Positions 1 through 15,000 of a stretch of 64,000 nt of DNA are shown here, piece by piece (within the stretch, counting starts at the first letter, position 1; the number at the start of each line of letters is the position of its first letter). Source of the DNA: Trichoplax adhaerens. Taxonomy: Eukaryota > Animalia > Placozoa. The DNA lies in the NCBI RefSeq assembly GCF_000150275.1, contig NW_002060945.1:2255172-2319171 (forward strand). The letters are read 5' to 3'. Below the pieces are notes generated by a model that saw only the letters and a list, made by a program, of their open reading frames with translations, made no database searches and was not told the DNA's origin. Made by a program: the position numbers and the translations under genes.

Positions 1-99
1 GCAAGTTATCGATATACAATTAGCGATACTGTATTAGATTAATTTTAACTATTCATAACCATTTTTATTATAATATTTACTGAAATTTTGTAAGCTTAT

Positions 100-3000
100 T
101 CATTTACCTGAACGCTTACAATCATGACATTGATGTAACCATTTTTCATGATTGTCTCTCATAGATTGAATCCAGGGTTTTTCAGTATCTGTCTTTCGTA
201 ATTCTTCTTCATCATTTTGGTTCATCACATGATGAGAAATTTTATCGATAACTTCACCAAATATGTCAAAGAGTGGATTAACTATAAAGTTGATAAATCC
301 TATTATGATAGCGTGATCAAAATTAAAGAAAGACAGGTAATTAATTTAAAGAATGACATCTAATAATATGTAATGTTATTAGATGATATAATGATAATAT
401 GTAATCAATCAGTAATTAATTAATGCTTCGTATAGCTATAGTTTAAGTCTTAAGTTGCTACAGCAATTCGTATGTATAGGAACATGTTATGAACATAAGT
501 ACTGCATCTATATTTAGAGCAAAAGTTTGATTGCAAAATAAATAATTGTATAAGAAACACGATAGTTGAGTAGTCTTCTCATATATATGATATTGTATAG
601 TATAAGAGACTCGGTACTGAAATAGTCTTTTTATATCTATGATATTTCATAAAACCGACGATCGAAACCTCTGGATTCAATAAGTTGTTACTATATAATT
701 TGATTTAACGGAAGTAGTAGCAAACATTTATAATTGTTCAAACTATACAGCACAAAGTTAAAATCTCACTCATAATATGGAGCTGTGATGAGAAATACTG
801 TGAAATAACTAGGACACGCTCTCAATGTGAAACAAAGATTCAGAAATTATAGCTTCGGCTGAATCCATCCTTAATATGTAGTTTGATGTAATTCAATTTA
901 TATTTACAATCTTAAATTTGTGAAATTGTTACTCACCAACTTGACTTTCAGGGATTTTCGTCGTCGTTTTATCACATAAAGGTGAGTACGGTAATCCCAG
1001 CTGATGTTCCAATTCTCCCTAAAAGAATTGTTACCACGAAACTTTAGTTTTACTTCCTTAATAATTGGTAGTATAAGATGGAGCTAGTAACGATTTGTAA
1101 TGGAGTGTGCATAGATTCTATTATAGCTATATCAGTCGAAATTAATAGGAACCTGTTTAAAAAATTCATTCATCAGTAAATTCGTCCAACGACTGTGCAA
1201 TTCCCATGATTTGGCGGGATGGCTAATGTCAGCGCAGTGAAGAATATAGTTCAAAACTTTGGTACGATCTATTTTTTCGATTCTATTGCAACATATACGT
1301 GAAAACCGTTAATTAATAAGATAATCAATAAATATCCAAATTTAAAGAATTAGAACTTAATTCAGTTTTAACAGCAGTTTAAGCTAAATGTAAGAATGAT
1401 ATCGTGTGGAACGAAATACATCGTATAAAACTACTAACAAATATAATGTCCTTTTAATTTGTAAAAACTGAACTCAATAACGATAATTTTTGATAAAAAT
1501 TGGTATGCAATTATTACTTTGAGGGTACAATAGAAATTTAATGAAATAGCAATCTGCTCACCCTTTTGGATTTAGTAATGATCTTTTCATAAATTCAACT
1601 TGCTGAAAATGCGTTGTCATATCAGTCGCTAATACCATGTCGATAATCATGCATCTAATTTCCCTATTAAGCGCAATGTTTAAAACATGGTTAAGGCATA
1701 GTAAATAAGGGAATGAATTACCTATGATCAACTAAAATGGTAAATTTTTATTTACCTAAACTGTTCATAGGAAAATCCTTTTAAGATGGGATGTTCAGGC
1801 TAGAATTTAGTTAGAAGCATGGAAATCTTAATATCTTATTTTATAATAATATTTATTGTTGAATTATTCGTAATAATTATGATGACGTAAAAAATTAATG
1901 TTCATTGAAATAAATGAATTCTACCTGTGTTATAACACGAAATGCACAGGATATGTGATGATTCTCTAAAACTGATCGATCGTTATACATTAAAGCAAGT
2001 TCAGATCTGAAAAAGTTAGATAGTTTAGATTAGATATTCCACCACTATCGTCTATAATTGTACATTTCTTCCTTGAACTATCAGTAGAAAGCTACACTGA
2101 ATCACTAATACTTTACTTACCCTGAAGCAACTAGAAAGCTATTCGTTGTTCCTGTATGTTCATAATCGTGGATAGCGGCAGCAAGTAACAACGCGAAAAC
2201 TTCCAAATCTGTCAACCAATTCTATGTACATGCGTAACATTAAATTGTAGGGATTAAAATAGAGAAATTAAGCATCTAAACAAAGTTATGTATCTCAGTT
2301 AATAAAAGCAGACTTATACATGCTTAAGAATGAAAGTAGAAGGAAAAGCGAAACAACCATTGGGTAAAGACTCAATCCATAGAACCCGTTTATAGCCGAT
2401 CATTACGTTACGAGGTAGTATTGTACGGCTGGAAATTATTATAATTCAACTCCAAATGCTGATTTAATTACTCTTTATATTGTAAATAGGCGCATCAAGC
2501 TGTTATTTCATTTTATTTTGATATAGGTACTATGCTAACCACTGTATATAACTATGTAGAATGTATAAAAGGCTAACTAACTGCATCCAGCTCCATTGTG
2601 TAAAAGGTGATCGTGATAAAATTTGAAAATTATAAAGACTTTAGCTGAAATCAATCTAAGCTCATGAATATGCCCTCGTAATCTTGCTACTGCATTAATA
2701 TCGCACTCACCAATAGACCGGTCTTGGTAGTTAGATAATAGACCGTTTGTAAAACATCGGTTGCATGAATAACATTATGATATGGATTATCATATTTTGC
2801 ATAGCCTTGCTGAACAGTTTGAAGGAAAGCATCAAAACAGCTTACGGTTATCTAATAGGTGAAGAGCAATTTTTAAGTTTCATTTTGTACTTCAAGGGTA
2901 TAGCTGGATAGTAACTGATCAGTTAGTTGTAGCCAAGTATATATATCTAAATCAACTTTCTTAAATATACTTACGTCAAATTTGTTCAGTAAATTGCAAT

Positions 3001-6000
3001 TCTTATGAAATAGTTCGTATCCCATATATCGTAGCGGCTGTCCTTTAGTAATATCGCTGAGGTAGAAGTTATCGAATGTCCACTGATCGGTTTGCTAAAC
3101 ATCATAATATTAATGCATAATTAGCAAGTGCTGAAATGAATTTCTGTCGCTAATATGAGCAAGTGAAGTTAGACTGAAGGCGTTAGCGAAAATTATATCA
3201 GTGAAATAGTTGGATGCTACCAATGTTTTACCAAAGAGAGCAAATCATCGATCGCTATTAACTCTTACCTGCAGTAACGCTTCTATTTCTGGTGTATACT
3301 GTAATGAAAAACCATTTCTTGCAGCTCTGCAACGATTAGTATTAATTAATTATTGATAATTATTTATAGCTAAATTCCTAGTCGACAGTCTAGCAAAATT
3401 CACAATAGCCATAAGAATATCTTATAAATAGCACAATAAAATACTTACTTGCCAACTAACAAGCTAACCCGAACTGTGCTAATCAATCGGCAAAATTTAG
3501 CTCGGTTAGCCTCTTTTTCAGTTTCATCGTGGACTACAATACTACCATCAATCCATTCTTTAACTTTCATCTCGGCATCGTCAGGTTCGTCACTGATAAT
3601 ACCCTTAGTCGTAGTGTCATCAAAGCCAGGATATCTAAGAAAAGAAGGCAATCATGTATTAGCATCTATATAGGTGATGTTAATGTTTCAATCATAATAT
3701 TAATTTCGACTAGCATTATCTATTTATATATATTAACTTTGATCTTAAGCTAATCAGCAAACTGAAGCTAAAGATCTTTTGCTCCTATTACGCTGTAGTA
3801 ATTATAGCATTGCGATAGTTTTAGTGTCTTCTATGTGCAGCATAATAAAAGTAATCGATTCTAAAGCAAGCTATACTGCTTAGCTGCTCAATTGATAAGT
3901 ACTACTAAAAATTTAAAAATTACTCTATACTTAGCTACGGCGTATTAGGAGTGGCTGAAGAGAAAGTACAAAATTTTTGTATGCAAGATATTATAATGCC
4001 ATATCTGCATTTAAATTTCAGTTCTTAATGAAAGTAAGCTTAGTACGCCTATACTAATTAGTTTGATAGTACTTACTCTATTTTGCTAAATCGGCGGCGT
4101 TGTAAAACATAATCATCAAAGGCATCTATAACATAATTGATATTCTCACGAATATCTTTATAATTTAATTTCATTCCACAGTCTATTAGCCCAATGATTC
4201 TTCTTAGCCTAATAAAATTTGAATATGAATAAAGTATTAAAACTAATTGTAGAGATTATCCATATCCTTAAGTATATTGGTAAGAACGCATTTTAAAAGT
4301 TTTTTGGGTGCCAGAAAACAATTTGCATATCATTCTAAGGCAATTGAATGGATGCTATAGTCGCTATTGCTCGTAAAATACAATTCACTATACAAAGTTA
4401 TTATCATCAACGAAAGTATTCTTTCTCAACTATGAAATGTATGTTTTGAGCTTTTTCGTTTCGAGACTAAGACGTCACTTAGTTCTATTCGTTGATCTAA
4501 ATGTTGTAAATTAAAGGATGATATAACTAACAACTCATTTCTGATATTAGTTTTAAAACTAATGTCGATTAAACTATTCTTTTTACTGTCGAATAAACTA
4601 CCAAGATTAACACAACCATAACAAATTCTGCTAGAAATAAATCTAAAATTATAGCTCTAAACTCCTGTTGTAGTTGCAACACTTTATTGCACTTGAACCA
4701 TCAGTTGATGGAATAAAATTTATCGCAATTTTAAATGCAGAAAATATTTGAGTGATTTGTACGATTCTAAAGTATTCAAAAACCACTACCAATTCAAGAA
4801 TTTTACGTCGAATTTCTGAAGTACAAGGCAAATACGAATTCAGATATTACATGTGTTTATACTAGAGAACAAGGCTTCAATGCAATAAAAAGAATTATTT
4901 AATCGTTGTTTGTTGATCAGTTGATTTTGGAAGACATAAACTCATTTTCCCCAAAGCAAAATTATAGCAATATTGGATATATTAATTGATGCTTATAAGC
5001 GATGTAGACAGCCATTAAAATTGAAACGATCAAAAGCTGCTTCGTTGTAAATAGAATAGATATATTATTTAAGTTGTGATATGAACTCCACTGCTCTTTT
5101 TACATAATTTCCGTGTAATCTAGCTATATCATGGGAAATATATTTTACTTATTGATTCCTATACATGAAAGCTACTTTGATTCCATTGTATGCAACTCTA
5201 AAAGGTAGAAATCTCAAGGATGATAACTAAAAAATCGTATCATCGTAATTTCAATCGGAATGCAGTGTGTCGGAGAATAAATTTGTCATGCAACTTGTTA
5301 TAAGTATCTGACTTAAAACAGAAAATCAAGTCGGTAAATTATGGCGCTATAAAATATACATATGAGTACATACATACCGATGCAGGGCTTCAACTGGTGC
5401 TCGATCCGATTCGGGATGAGGTAAAGTATCTAAACTCAGTTCCTTCATAAAATTACCTTGACCAGAGGAATTGTCTTGAAAACCGATAACTGGATGGTCA
5501 GGTGATGATTCAGGATCTACCGTTATTGGTACACCAGAAACGTTGTTAGCTCCAGTAGTAGTAGATGTTGATATTCCTGCCGATATCGCAGTAGAACTCG
5601 CTGTTACACCTGTTAATAAAGTAAAAGACTGTTATTATAGTGAAGATGTTGAGTAGTTAATTAATAGCAGTTTAATTTCCACCATTGCTTCTAGTTATGA
5701 AAAGAACAACAAATCTGAACAAATGTCATAGCCTCAATTTTTCTGCCATTCACCCCTTCCACCTTTATAATTTGACCCAAGACATTCGTTGGAAGGCTAA
5801 TCAATCAAATACTTATATCTATACTAAATTTCATCTTTTAGATTGGCTAAGTCATATCCTGATTTATTCTACAATAACTGCGAACTTTTTTGAATGAAAT
5901 CTCGAATTATCATCATAAAACCCAGGTTAAAAAGTTTAAATTACAACGTATGATAACTTCTCTGATGATAGAAAGTGCGTCAAGAACTTCAAATATCTCA

Positions 6001-9000
6001 TACTATAGCGGACATAGTTTGCGTAGGATTGTCGTGTAGTAAAGGACTAAAATTGGAGTCCTTTATAGCTTTTAGTATGTAACTAGTATTATTTTACTAT
6101 AGAAAATACCTATAAAGTGATAGTGTCTTTAAGTTTTACCCTGCCAAATCATCATGTCGCCATCTTTTCTTCTTCATTATTTTACAAAGTATTATATAGA
6201 TTACTATAGAAGTAGCCCTAGAGCAATTGCCTAATCTAAAGAAAGAGCATTTGATCGTCTATTCAAATTGTAAATGAATTTGACTTAGTAACAAAACCCT
6301 ATCCATAGTAAAAGGGGATTTATAACATGACAGTAAAGTACTGTAATGTAGTCTATAATCGTACAGTTACCTTACAACTTGACGCTAAAATATCAACTGT
6401 CAATACTAAGCGATGCTAATGTCAGAAAAGTAGTCGCAGTAGTCATATAAAATTTCTTGATAAGCGATTACTGTGATCTTTATAAAATCCGGGTTTTTCG
6501 GATTCGGATTCCGGAACCTGTCGGATTTATGTCCGATATAATTTTTGTTAATTTTTGGATTTTAGTTTATAGAAAATATCGTAAGAGTTAATTTTTGAAA
6601 TTTGAACTTTTTGTTATGAATTTGAAACTTTGGAATTTTATGACGTGACATGAAAGCCACATTAGGAAAGTATAGTTAGGAAAATAGAAAATAAGATGGA
6701 AATTGGCAGAGGTTGTGTTGATTGTCAAGTAGTTAGACTGCTATTTTTATGACTAAATCTTGATGTTTAAAGGTTAATTTTTAGACTTTTATAATGTATT
6801 AATGATAGAAATTATGTTAGAAGTGAAGTTTGATATATTTTATAGTTAACTTGTTGGTTTTATAGTGTTTTGTAAGAGAATAAAAGGGTAAATTGTATCT
6901 GAACTTTGAGTGATTTTTGTTTTCTTAAATGGGGCAAAGTAGTTTTCTAAAATGGATCTTAAGAGCGATTGGTTAGTAAATGTTTAGTTTTAAATACCTC
7001 TGACGGCTCTACGAACGCTATAAATGATAGTGCAATTAGAAAATTTAGAGGGAGAGTAGAAGAAGATTCTTTTGAAGAAATTGTTAAATTTAAAAGGCCT
7101 TCAGGGTCGATTTGTCGTAAGTTAAAACGTTCTTCTTTTTGAAAGGTCGTTTGGTTGTTGACAGTTTTTAAGTCTGTCACTTATTTTATTAATACTTAAA
7201 GTTAAGTATTTGTAAGGTTTTTCGGTTTATACTTCTCCTTTTTTTTGTAATAAATTGTTGATCGACTATTTCCTCAGATTTTTATTCGGTGTCAAAGTTT
7301 CGTTAAGTCGATCGGAGTGTAACGAAAGTAGAATCAAAATTTGTTAAAGTTTTGTAGCTAGATCTCTACACCTTTCATTTCATTACAGTCCTAACATCAT
7401 TTTCCTAATTAAATTGTACAGCATATTGTCCATGAGTTAAAACCATTCTACAGTAAGTATTGGAATAGTAACAACTAGTTTTCGCTTAAATTCTGCTTTT
7501 TTTTATCCGGCGGCCATACCTACAGCGAAGATCATTTTTAAGTCATCAATTTCATCATACTGATAGCTAGTCCTTTATCATCGCTATTTAATCCTAACCG
7601 AATGTCTTTTAAAGGCACAGTAGAGAAAGTACACACAATTCTCTTCATAATGCTTTATTTTAATTTCTAAGTTATTACTTAAAGTTATATTTATATTAAG
7701 CAACGTAGTACCCAATTTCATGCAAACCATACTGTAAAATAACTTAGTAACTTAGTATTGTGATTGTAGACTATTAGCCATGTTTAGTATGATATCTATA
7801 CGGTATTATGTTTTCTGTATTTATCTTATGATATATATGTATATATTAGCTAGCCCATAATTATACTGTAGACTATAAGGATAAACTCTATGCCAGAGTA
7901 CAGATGACTATATACTGTAGATACTGCACAGTAAGATATCGAGCTACCAATATGGTTAGAGGTAGAAATAGAATTGTAAATTATATATTAGGATATGCTT
8001 AGTTCATTGTACTTTGAGTGATGCGAATAATGTCTACGAAAATACTGTAATCATTTCCATATTAGATTAATGATGGTTCGCTGTAAAATATTGCAACTAA
8101 TAATAAGCTGAATATGAGTAAAATATAATAGAATGCTGTTATGCTGATTGTAGCTGCGAAGGCTACGGAGGGTATAAAAGCAGGAGATAATAGATTATCC
8201 GATCGTTCTTTCTAGAAGTCTTTCAGTAGTTGTATTCGGTTACAGTAGAGCTGTATGTAGCTAATCTTTGTATTAGATCTAATAAAGTTCTAATTTTCTG
8301 CAACTTTGGAATTTTCGTGATCGTATTTTATAAGACGTATATAAAACATTAAATTATTCTATTACCTACTCAATTGTAATTTGCCTACTAATATCTGCTA
8401 CTTTGGAGATCAATATACTTTCGATTTCTGAATAAAACTTATCAAGACAAATTTTCTGCATTAAAAGTTTTATTTGCTCTCGATAACTTTATGGCACTAT
8501 TGTAGAGTTCGATACTCCGTAGGTCTAGTTATAAATCTTTCTATCGTACTTTACTTTCCAAGGTACAAACTTTTAAGCATCTTTCATCACTAGATTCCTA
8601 CTTATTAATATCAAGTTTAATGCCACGTAAATTATATTACAAATAATATCTTTTAGTGCATTATATCGAAGGCTTCATTTCATAATTCATTGACTATTAT
8701 TAGCTATACGTTCATAAAGTGAAACATTTAATAGCTAGAAGCAATTCACAGATAGTAAACCGTTACGATAATTTTCCTAGAAAAATTTCATGAATTCTCT
8801 TCCTTCATTACCAAATTTTCTTACTCATTCGTCAATATGTAATTAGTAAATGCTTTTCGGTCTCATTGAATCGAAAGTGAAATTAAAAAAAACTTTTCAT
8901 AAACTGCATACAAATGTAGAAGTCGAAAGATGATTCAAATAAGTTGGTACATATTCATACTTACGATTTCTAGCTGATACTGATGAGGGAATTTTCTTGC

Positions 9001-12000
9001 CATTAATTTTTAGCAATGTTTGAGAGGTAATGGACTGTCGATGGCCGTTATGGGCTGATTATGTTTTGATAGAGAGAGATAGAAACAAAATGAAAATTTA
9101 AGCCCGGCGAATAATTAATGCGTGTAATTTATTTTCTATAGACCAACTAATTGAATATAATAAAATTATGCCTTAATTTAAATGATTTTATGTATTGCAG
9201 CATTTAATGGTGCCTTTATTACGATTTGTAAAAATATTTGCTATTAAATAGCTAGTGAAACTTACGCTAGCTAAATGCAATCAAATAACTACAGTTGACA
9301 TAATTGCACGATTTTATATTGTTTTTACTTTTTGTACAAAATGTGATTAATTTAAGGAGTTTCTATATCAGGGAAATATTTATCATTCTTATTATCATCA
9401 TCATCATTATTTGAATTTTATCGTTCAATTAAAGTATATAAAATTAAGTCAATAAAAATAAAAATATCGATGAATGTCAGGTGGATGTAAAGAGGACAAT
9501 TTAAATGATTTCAAAAAAATATCAATGTAGAAGGCATAGTGTATTGTAGATAGTATATGGGGGCATTAGACACCATAGATATGAAGAACTGAATTAAAAG
9601 AATCCTCCCATATATGATTATGAAAAGTATTTATTAAGAGCATCTTTACTTTATTCGATATAATAAGTAGATTAAGCGATAGGTAAAGTTTTTAATCAAT
9701 CTTGATGGACGTTTTAAATTGAAAATTAAATAAAAAAGTCGATTACTAATTGAGAGAACGTCATTGCTCTTTCAATTCGGTAAAGCTACTTAGTAGGTAA
9801 AGGGAAAATAAGGTAAGATAATAATTTAGTTAATTAATTCTCAACAGATCTTGGATTGATGTAATTATCATTTTTCATTCATTTATTTCCGAAAATTTTG
9901 AAGGTCATAACGCTTAAAATATCTTATATCGTTTTCAATTGTAGAGAAGATTTAGGGTTTAGTTCAGGGCTTATTATAGCAATATTACGAAGTCTACGGT
10001 CTATCATTGTACCATATTATCATATGTATTGCAATCAACTGAATAGGCATTAGTTTCAACAATAGTAACAATGCATTTAATCAAAATATATTACAGGTAA
10101 CTCGGTACCGGAATATCATTCAGATTTCTATTACGATAGGAGAGAATTATTACAATAAATGTCGTAATTCTTTAGATTAAATAAGTTCATAGAGTATCAA
10201 TCAGACCATACGCCGTTTATCTTGGCAATGAAGCCTTTAAAGATATTGATAATGACTCGAAATAAAAAATACAATATGTCAGGATCAACAAATACCGGTC
10301 ATAAAAGCTATCTGTAGGAGACCAGGGAGATAATAACCTCGAAATGGAAATGTAAATAAATACACGGTACAATGCGACTGTGCTATGCAGCCGATGATGA
10401 TGAAGATTTCTGTAAACAATAAAAAGTATAAAACAAAGACGGTAATGAAATGTCGCCAGGCGTCAAGACAATGAAATGATTTACTGCTGGATAAAACTGC
10501 TAATCAACATAAATTGAAACAAGCATTGGCTGCAATATTAGAAAATGGTACTAAAATTGAAATCGATAATAGCTTATGTCATTAATCATAACATTAAATA
10601 ACAGTTATAAAATACTAAATGGAAAAGAACTATTAATCATTACTACAGAGCAAATAAATAAATTGAAAGATAAAAAATGAAATAATGAACGAGAACGACT
10701 TGAAAATAATCTTATCGAGATAACGTCTAAAAATAGCTTAGATAAAAGATAAAAATTGATCGGATGCCAAAAATAGAGTAATGTGTCAATTTTTCCCCTC
10801 TTTGAGCTAGTGAAGGTCTAATTAAGATAAAGAAATATCATTTCCTTACCGAAATATGACATACCCGTATACAAATGAAATGATAATTCAAGCAGGGATG
10901 AACCGCGATTATTTACTTGCAGGAAGTTAGTAGCCTGTCTAGTTCTTTTGAACGGTTTTGCATATTTCCTCACTTATTTTGTAATGTAAGAAGGACTTCT
11001 CGTATTCTTCAGTTAACTTTCTGACAGGTTGGAGAGAAAAAATTCTCTCCCTATGGAACAGAATTTAATACAACGCTATAATTTGTAATTAAAGCGCTGG
11101 GAATGGATTTCAAGGGTATTTTTGCAAGTCATTCTTGCTACATAAAATATATTGTTCCAGTAATACAGTTCACTTATTTTAAGATAAATTAGCTTTTAAT
11201 AATATTGAAACTGAAAATAGAATTGAATTTGTGTAGATGATTGTTATAAAGATTCCCTCTAATCCAATGAGCTATGAAAAATATTACAAGATGTACTTAA
11301 GACGCAAGAATACAGTATCAGCCCGTTCTAAAATTAAAACTGCCATGCCATTAAGTTATAGTTATTATTACTCGTATGAATCTAGTGCATTACTGTATAA
11401 GCTGTCAAACACAACTTTCCTTCTTGGAAACAACGTTAATAATGCACTTCAATTAATTCGCAGAACTACCCCATTGTTCCTACTGAAGCAAGAATTTGGG
11501 CAGAACAAGCTTTACTTAGGATGGATATACGTCTATATATTTAAACGGGAAAATGCTATTAAATTGATATCGTATTTCCTTATACAGTAACTATTTCGAT
11601 CCCATTCAGATAATTTATAAATGCGTTAACAAAGATAGACATAGCATAATTCAATGTCAAAACTAAAAGTACTATTAGGTTTTGATAACCATGTTGATGC
11701 ATTCACGCATCTCAAGCGTGTTACTGTTGTATTATAAGCTACATAATGTAGCATTTCCACCGAAGATTCAAGAAAATTATTAATTGTCAGGCATGGTTAT
11801 ATCGAACGGACTGATATTTTAGGATTTTTAAAAATCAGTCAAATACAATATTGCAACACAGGGTATTAACGCTGCATATGTTCTACTAGATAGGAACTAA
11901 AATTTTTAACAAATTTCGAAAAAATAATAAATGCCCAATTGACAACTTTACTGATATATCACAATGCAGGAGAATTTTGTACTTGTGACCATATTAAAAC

Positions 12001-15000
12001 CTGAACGAAATTTAATATTTTAACACATTCTTAGAATAATTTAGCTTGGCAGCGAGATGGATGTCTGTTAGAGGCAAATAAATCTATTACGCGAAATAAG
12101 CAAGTAAAATCTACCTCAAGAGATGCTGTCTGTACGATATGTGAAACTTCTTGAGTAATCAAGGACTTAATCTACGCGTATGGCGATGTTAATAATGTAA
12201 ATGATAGATAGAAGCTGATATTTTACATGCAGAATGATGAATAATGAAATGAAATGTAATTTGATGATTTAAAGTTTGAAATTGAATAGGTTACGTAGTC
12301 AACACTGCTATGTTATTATCGTAATGTCTGCTATAATTGCAAAATTGCAATAATGTTCCAGGTTTCTATGGCGATCAGACAAGCAGGTGAAGAATGAAGA
12401 AAGTCTGAGTCATATTGACTGCCTCCGAAGAAAATCAAGGTTAAGGCAACAAGACAATACAACTTTAGGTTTTAGTTATTATTTAGTTCAATACAACCAT
12501 TCAAAACGGAAATCGAAGTAATACATGATCTGACAATTCGTATGAATTAGCTGTAGCTACCGATTTATACTTATACGTAAACTTTGCATGCTTTACTGCC
12601 ACTAGAAGCCCTGAGACGATAATTATCTTTGGCAATATGAGTTAGAGATGTTTTAAGAATTTTAATAAACATGATTATTTCAATAAAATTATAGTCATAT
12701 GGCCTTGCTAATAAATCGAAGCAGCCTAGTTATAGATTATCGAGTCTATCATCGTTTCCTAAGAGTATCTTTGGCATCAATAATAAATACATGAAGATCC
12801 TACGTTTCAATTTCTATCTTTCTCCAGTTCATTTACTTGAAGATATGCGAATATGCGCGTATAACAAATATCTGAAGTACTAACTAATTTAATACGTAAC
12901 ACAAGGTGATAGCAATAATATTGATTGTTACGGAAAGTTCATTCGAAAATTTGAATGTGATAGCTGTAGGTCAATGTATATCTAAATAGGAAAAGAAAAG
13001 CTCATTTTCTTAGCTATTTCAACTGTGTAATTACTAATGCACGGAAAGACGAAAATAAATAAATTATTTGATAATCAAATGCGCGTAAGATAATTCTAAG
13101 GATTAGTTTATTTGTCTATGAATACTGATATTATGTAGTTTATTATTTATCCTAGGATATTAATCGAATAGGTACTATAAAAGCCGGGCAACGTCGTCGA
13201 TATTTAAAATAAATTCCAAAGAGAAATATGCTGATAAAATGATTGACTATTACAGCAAGATAATGAATTGGTAATTTATGTTGCCCTTTCGTTATGCAAT
13301 CTGTTGATATTAAAGTTACTATTCAAGAATAAGCTTTACCGATTTATATTTCGGATATAAAAAATAGAATACTATTTGGAATCTAAATATTTGATCAAAT
13401 AAACCTTTTAAATGATCGCAAAAAAACGACAAAGGTAACATATAAATCAAGCCAAAGAGAATCGTACGGAAATATGTGTGCTACTGCATATCATATAATA
13501 ATCAATTTTCGAGAAACCATACCAATAAATTAGATCTTACAACTATCTGTTACATCAAATACATGAACAGCGTAAAAAAAGAATTGTTTCTCCAATTTTA
13601 ATTGCAAACGCTATGCATCAGTTACGCTTTAAAGAAATGTTTTAATATGTCGTAGTATATTGTCAGTAAAAGTTCCTATTCATCCTAATAGTAAAATATT
13701 AGTGATGTGCTTTTGTAATATTTCTAAAAAGAAAAGCTATACAGTTTTATGGACTTAAACGCTAATGAACACCGAAATATCTTATGCTTCTTTATCATAT
13801 GAATAAAATCTTTCCCGTTTTTAATACTATTAATAGAGAATAATTTATTCCTATAAAATGTTGAAATTCAGATTCTATTCTACAGAAAGATACGTAATAA
13901 AGCTAATAAAATTTTTATAAATAGCTGTACAAGGTGATAGTTGGTTCTATACTCTTACATACACGGCAGTATACCTAAAGCTCTCTATAATTTTCACATG
14001 AATACGCTACTTTCTCAATATATACGTATATATGAACGTGACCGTATGCGAAGTCGATCATTTTGCAAACTGCCCTAATGGAAATTGTTATACTCGCAGA
14101 AAATGTTGATATTATGGATTAGTACGGTAAATTCTAAGAATAGTGACTGTATTAAAATTGATCATGTTGTGGTAGCAACATTACTGCAATATAGACAAGT
14201 AATTCAGACGCTAAAATATTTGTCTTTTAAATAAATTTAAAGTTGCAATTTTACCACCGAATAGAAAGGTTATCAAAACTTGTGTATTGATAGCTATGGA
14301 TACAGTCAGTAGTTACTAACATATATATATAAACTCAAAGCTACGATTTTTAAATAGAATGTTAATATGAATCTGAAGCATGGTACTATGGGTGTTAAAT
14401 AAAGTCCAATTTGAGGTTTTAGAACGAGAAATTGATGCATTGGCTTGAAAATATTTTTTGTCATAGATAAAAATCTAAGTGAACTCAATAGTTTCATTTC
14501 AAACTATAGAATTGATTTAAAATTGGACTACAAACGATGGCAAACGTAATCATTATGATCACTCCCAGTAAACCCAAATTGTGATTAATCAAGCCAGTTC
14601 TTCATAGCAGAAGAATTTTACTAAATTTTGAGTTAGAATAGCTTGTTGCGGCAGTACTGAAGAAATTACTACAATCGACTTACATTACTAGCTCATACTA
14701 CCTATGATTAATTTAATTTACTTCAATTTTTCATGAAGCTATAGTATACACATGCAGACAATTTCGTTTAGTACTTACTAAGTGTACTGATTCTACGTAT
14801 TTAATTTAAATCTTTCTTTAATAATGATCTGCTCTTGAAATCTATGTAGATATTATTTAGTTAATTTATGCTACTTGCTAAATCAGTATCAAAATTGAAT
14901 TTGGACATTTAAGGAGATAGATAGTCACTAGCGCAAGAGTAAGATATGAGTTTCTAATTTATCTCAATCTAGAATACTTTAATACAAACAGCTTGTTCTT

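Noticed and set aside
3449-3753. Plus-strand ORFs 3449..3673 and 3529..3753
   Set aside because: Antisense shadows of a PDE1 exon.
11237-11590. 117-aa ORF, the longest in the track
   Set aside because: AT-biased composition, antisense within a PDE1 intron, no recognisable domain or linked exons.
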